A stretch of DNA of 63,897 bases, filler included, from Vermamoeba vermiformis (taxonomy: Eukaryota): the NCBI GenBank assembly GCA_045837725.1. It is 4 parts of 4 records of this genome, joined end to end, with 100 filler letters (N's around TTAATTAATTAA, not from the genome) between each part and the next. Parts side by side here need not be neighbours in the genome. Positions count along the whole stretch, not along the records: positions 44,422 to 63,897 come from JBEWZL010000158.1; 3 more parts are not named here. One strand, 5' to 3'. Position 1 is the first letter of the stretch; each line of letters starts with the position of its first letter. Position numbers and translations under genes: made by a program. The notes under the pieces are model-generated. The model saw only the letters and a list, made by a program, of their open reading frames with translations. It made no database searches and was not told the DNA's origin. Of this stretch, positions 61,259 through 63,897 are shown one piece after another.

Positions 61259-61869
61259 GTCCTTCTACGGTCCGTGCAAGGATCGACTTCATGTTGCAAC
61301 CAAGATTGAGTCCCGTTGCAACAAAAGCTACTTTACTGGGGTCCTTCTACGGTCCGTAACAGGATGCTTCTGGTTCGTTGGCACCCCAGGTTCGATTCCT
61401 GGCACGGCCAACTACTGGTGTGCGGACTTGAGTCACTCAAGACCCATCCCGATACGGTCCCGTAATGGACCTGTTTCATTGTTCCTCGCACCAACTGGTG
61501 CTCGGAACCCATCCTATTATGGTCCCTCGAAGGATTTGCTTCAACTCGCCAAAAAAGAATTCCGTCCTTCTACGGTCCGTAAAAGGATGCGTCTGCCTGG
61601 TGCCCCTCCTGCGCAGGTTCGATCCCTGGTGTCGTCAAGTTCTGCTCTCGGGACAGGACTTGGCTCACACATGACCTGTCCTTTTATGGTCCGTAAGAGG
61701 ACTGTAGTTGACTATGCCCTGCGAACCATCCTTTTACAGCCCCTTAAAGGATTGCTTTGACTGTGCTTTGTGCCAACTGGTACTCAGAATCCATCCCTTT
61801 ACGGTCCCTTAAAGGATGGGGTGCAAATTGTTGAAAAGAATTGCATCCTTTTACGGTCCGTAAGAGGAT
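61259..61869. repeat. Palindrome array 5 (~9 more degenerate, irregularly spaced copies) upstream of the ParB-like gene
   Basis: Copies at ~61259, 61340, 61446, 61511, 61564, 61678, 61728, 61793 and 61845 with unrelated spacers. Confidence 0.88.
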
Positions 61870-62003
61870 CAGTTCCAGATTTTGCTGAATTTTCATTTAT
61901 TTTTACAAACAAACGACAACTTTTTCTATTTTTCTGATTTTCCTCAACTTAGTGGATCATCAAATCCTGCCCCTAACTCCTAGGAAAATGAAATAAGTGG
62001 GTA

Positions 62004-62510
62004 TTAAATAGTCATAAAATTGAAATGAGCATACCAGTAATTAAATCGATCGCGTAGTTCCGAGTCAGAGAAAGGCTTACGATGACCATCCTTATCCGCA
62101 TCTGGTTTGGGCGGAAACGAATCGATGTGTGATGCAATCTTGGGCATCTTGATCCCAGCCAATTGAGACATAAGAGGAACAACCTCTTTCCTTTGCGCGC
62201 GATCGTCCTTGGGTGCTGGTGCCGCGTTGGTCGCGGGCTTAATCCCCAAAAATAAATCAGATTTGAATTGTTGAGTGGCTTGAATCTCGCGCCGCTCGCT
62301 CTCCAACTTCTCGTTAGCGAGTTGAGCTTGCAGCAATTCGTTCTCCTGTTGCAGCGCGTAATTGTTCTCGCGTTGAATGTTCATCTCGCTACGCATCTCG
62401 TTTTGAAATTGCATCATTCTCTCTAATTCGCGTTGCATAAGATTCATTCGATCTTCAGCTGTGGCCATGGGCTGAAGCCGGATCTGCTGCGTTAGATCTT
62501 GATCGGCCAT
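62004..62510 (-). CDS. Gag-like coiled-coil protein fragment
   Basis: Gln/Glu coiled coil followed by KMPK..SF..D..F..W, downstream of the LTR/PBS. Confidence 0.5.
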   Translation of the reverse strand: MADQDLTQQIRLQPMATAEDRMNLMQRELERMMQFQNEMRSEMNIQRENNYALQQENELLQAQLANEKLESERREIQATQQFKSDLFLGIKPATNAAPAPKDDRAQRKEVVPLMSQLAGIKMPKIASHIDSFPPKPDADKDGHRKPFSDSELRDRFNYWYAHFNFMTI

Positions 62511-62813
62511 CCGTTAAAATAAAATCCGGTTTGAGAAAAATTAAATAAGGGGCTGGTATAAAATGCTAAAAATAAGGGGATACTGGTATAATACTCCAAT
62601 TCCTCCCCCTCTTAAAACAAATAAATATTCGAAAGGCGCACCAATTGCAACGATACGGGTAGCTAATCCGCGTCGTCACAATGATATAATAAGCTAGAAT
62701 ATAAATAATACTAGCTTTATTGCGTACAAGTTCGTACGGGTTAACGAACTAAATGTTCGTTCCCTAAATTTATAAATCTCACGTGACGAGAACCACAATT
62801 CTGGCTCGTCACA
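62004..62813 (-). mobile_element. Truncated LTR retrotransposon: 5' LTR (62813-62646), PBS (62643-62635) and gag-like ORF fragment
   Basis: Minus strand TGTGACGA...TCGTTGCA 168-bp unit with TATAAA then AATAAA; followed after 2 nt by TGGTGCGCC (tRNA-primer-like); coiled-coil ORF 62510-62004; no pol. Confidence 0.62.
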
Positions 62814-63897
62814 TATAGAACACTTTATCGGTGGCATCGATTGGAGTAACCTTTATAATTTTATAGATTAATTTTAAATTCGTTAAAAAAAATTAAATAA
62901 ATCAATAACCAAGATAATACTGTCTTGTTAATTTATGTATTCATATATTAAAAATTATTGGGTTGACTTACCTTCCCCTGATCCAATTTAATTTGTTTGT
63001 TAATAATTTGCTTTCACTTTCGTTCAATCTCTTCGTATTGTTCCAAGTTTTTGGCATTGTAATCACTGACACACTCTTGGGTTGTCACTTCATTATAGAC
63101 AAAGTCAGATCTAACAAAGCGACAGGGGTACACTGATTTTATTTAGAAAGACTTGCCTATAAATACATTAATGATTATTATTATTATTTATTTAAAAATC
63201 ATTACTTACTCATTTATTGCACTCGTTTGTACTCGTTATCAACCAATGAACTGGGAAAAAACCTGGAACCAAAAAAAAAACCAGGGCTAAACAAAAACTG
63301 TTTTTTGGTCGAACAAAATTTAATTTTTAGCAACCGTTACACACGCCCACTAGCTACCCGTATCTTTACACCATTTCTTATCTTGTCCTCTATACACAAA
63401 ATTTAATTAATTTTTTGGCTATCAAAAGTACATTCTGTGAAGCAATGGAACTCTGCTTCACTGAACAACGACATATCATCGATAAATCCCCGAAATTTCC
63501 CTGTTCCGGGAAATTGAGAAGACCCAAAGAATATTCATGAAAGAGTATAAATAGGAAAAGAATTAAGCTTGTATTCGTGCCTGTTTAGTTATTAAATGTC
63601 TTTTTATTCTACAAACGTTCTTTTACAATTCCTGTGTTTGTGTTTTTAAAATAACAAGTCCAAACAACTTGAATGCTGGAGTTGTGATCTTTTTAACAAA
63701 TAATTGTTCTTGTCAACTGCTGGCTAATTTATGACCAAATTATCAGTTGCTCTTTCTTTGATAACTTGTGAAACTGGACTAGACTTTAGAATGATTCCAA
63801 CCACGTGGTGCTATGCATTAGTTTAACCATGTTGAGCATTTTGCAGTTAGTGTCTACAATTGGTTCTGGTCACTAGCCTTTGAAATAATGGAGTGGT

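Noticed and set aside
54268-61869. CRISPR array interpretation of the 25-bp palindrome plus ~35-bp spacer arrays
   Set aside because: Spacers in arrays 2-4 are homologous to each other rather than unique, the arrays lie in spliceosomal introns, and no cas genes are present
62900-63897. Possible exons or decayed transposon
   Set aside because: AT-rich and CpG-poor with stops in all frames; no motif I could assign

Overview
This is eukaryotic (protist-like, probably amoebozoan-type) DNA: four separate contigs joined by artificial 100-nt N/TTAATTAATTAA spacers (4683-4782, 36582-36681, 44322-44421). Genes carry short GT-AG introns, so most ORF-track entries are exons or shadow ORFs. Contig A (1-4682) holds a secreted Cys-rich protein and tandem 2OG-Fe(II) oxygenase paralogs. 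Contig B (4783-36581) is a compact housekeeping block: Stealth-like, LRR, KCTD9-like, PRP3, HemK, RhoGEF-PH-RhoGAP, a Cys-rich multi-TM receptor, DCAF11-like, bL33m and Dsc3-like. It ends in a segment flanked by inverted repeats that carries a TET/JBP-type dioxygenase. Contig C (36682-44321) has two divergent Crinkler-like P-loop NTPase genes and a HAP2/GCS1-like fusogen candidate. Contig D (44422-63897) is the most unusual. It has a ~7-kb non-coding tract rich in splice signals and covarying hairpins, an array of parS-like palindromes, a G-rich minisatellite and a truncated LTR retroelement. It also has a 4-exon, ~1554-aa gene (ParB/DGQHR domain plus a degenerate DNA methyltransferase-like domain) whose introns and upstream region each contain an array of the same 25-bp palindrome (~39 copies). 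This is a candidate eukaryotic ParB-parS-like self-targeting locus. All family assignments come from motif recognition by eye; no searches were run.
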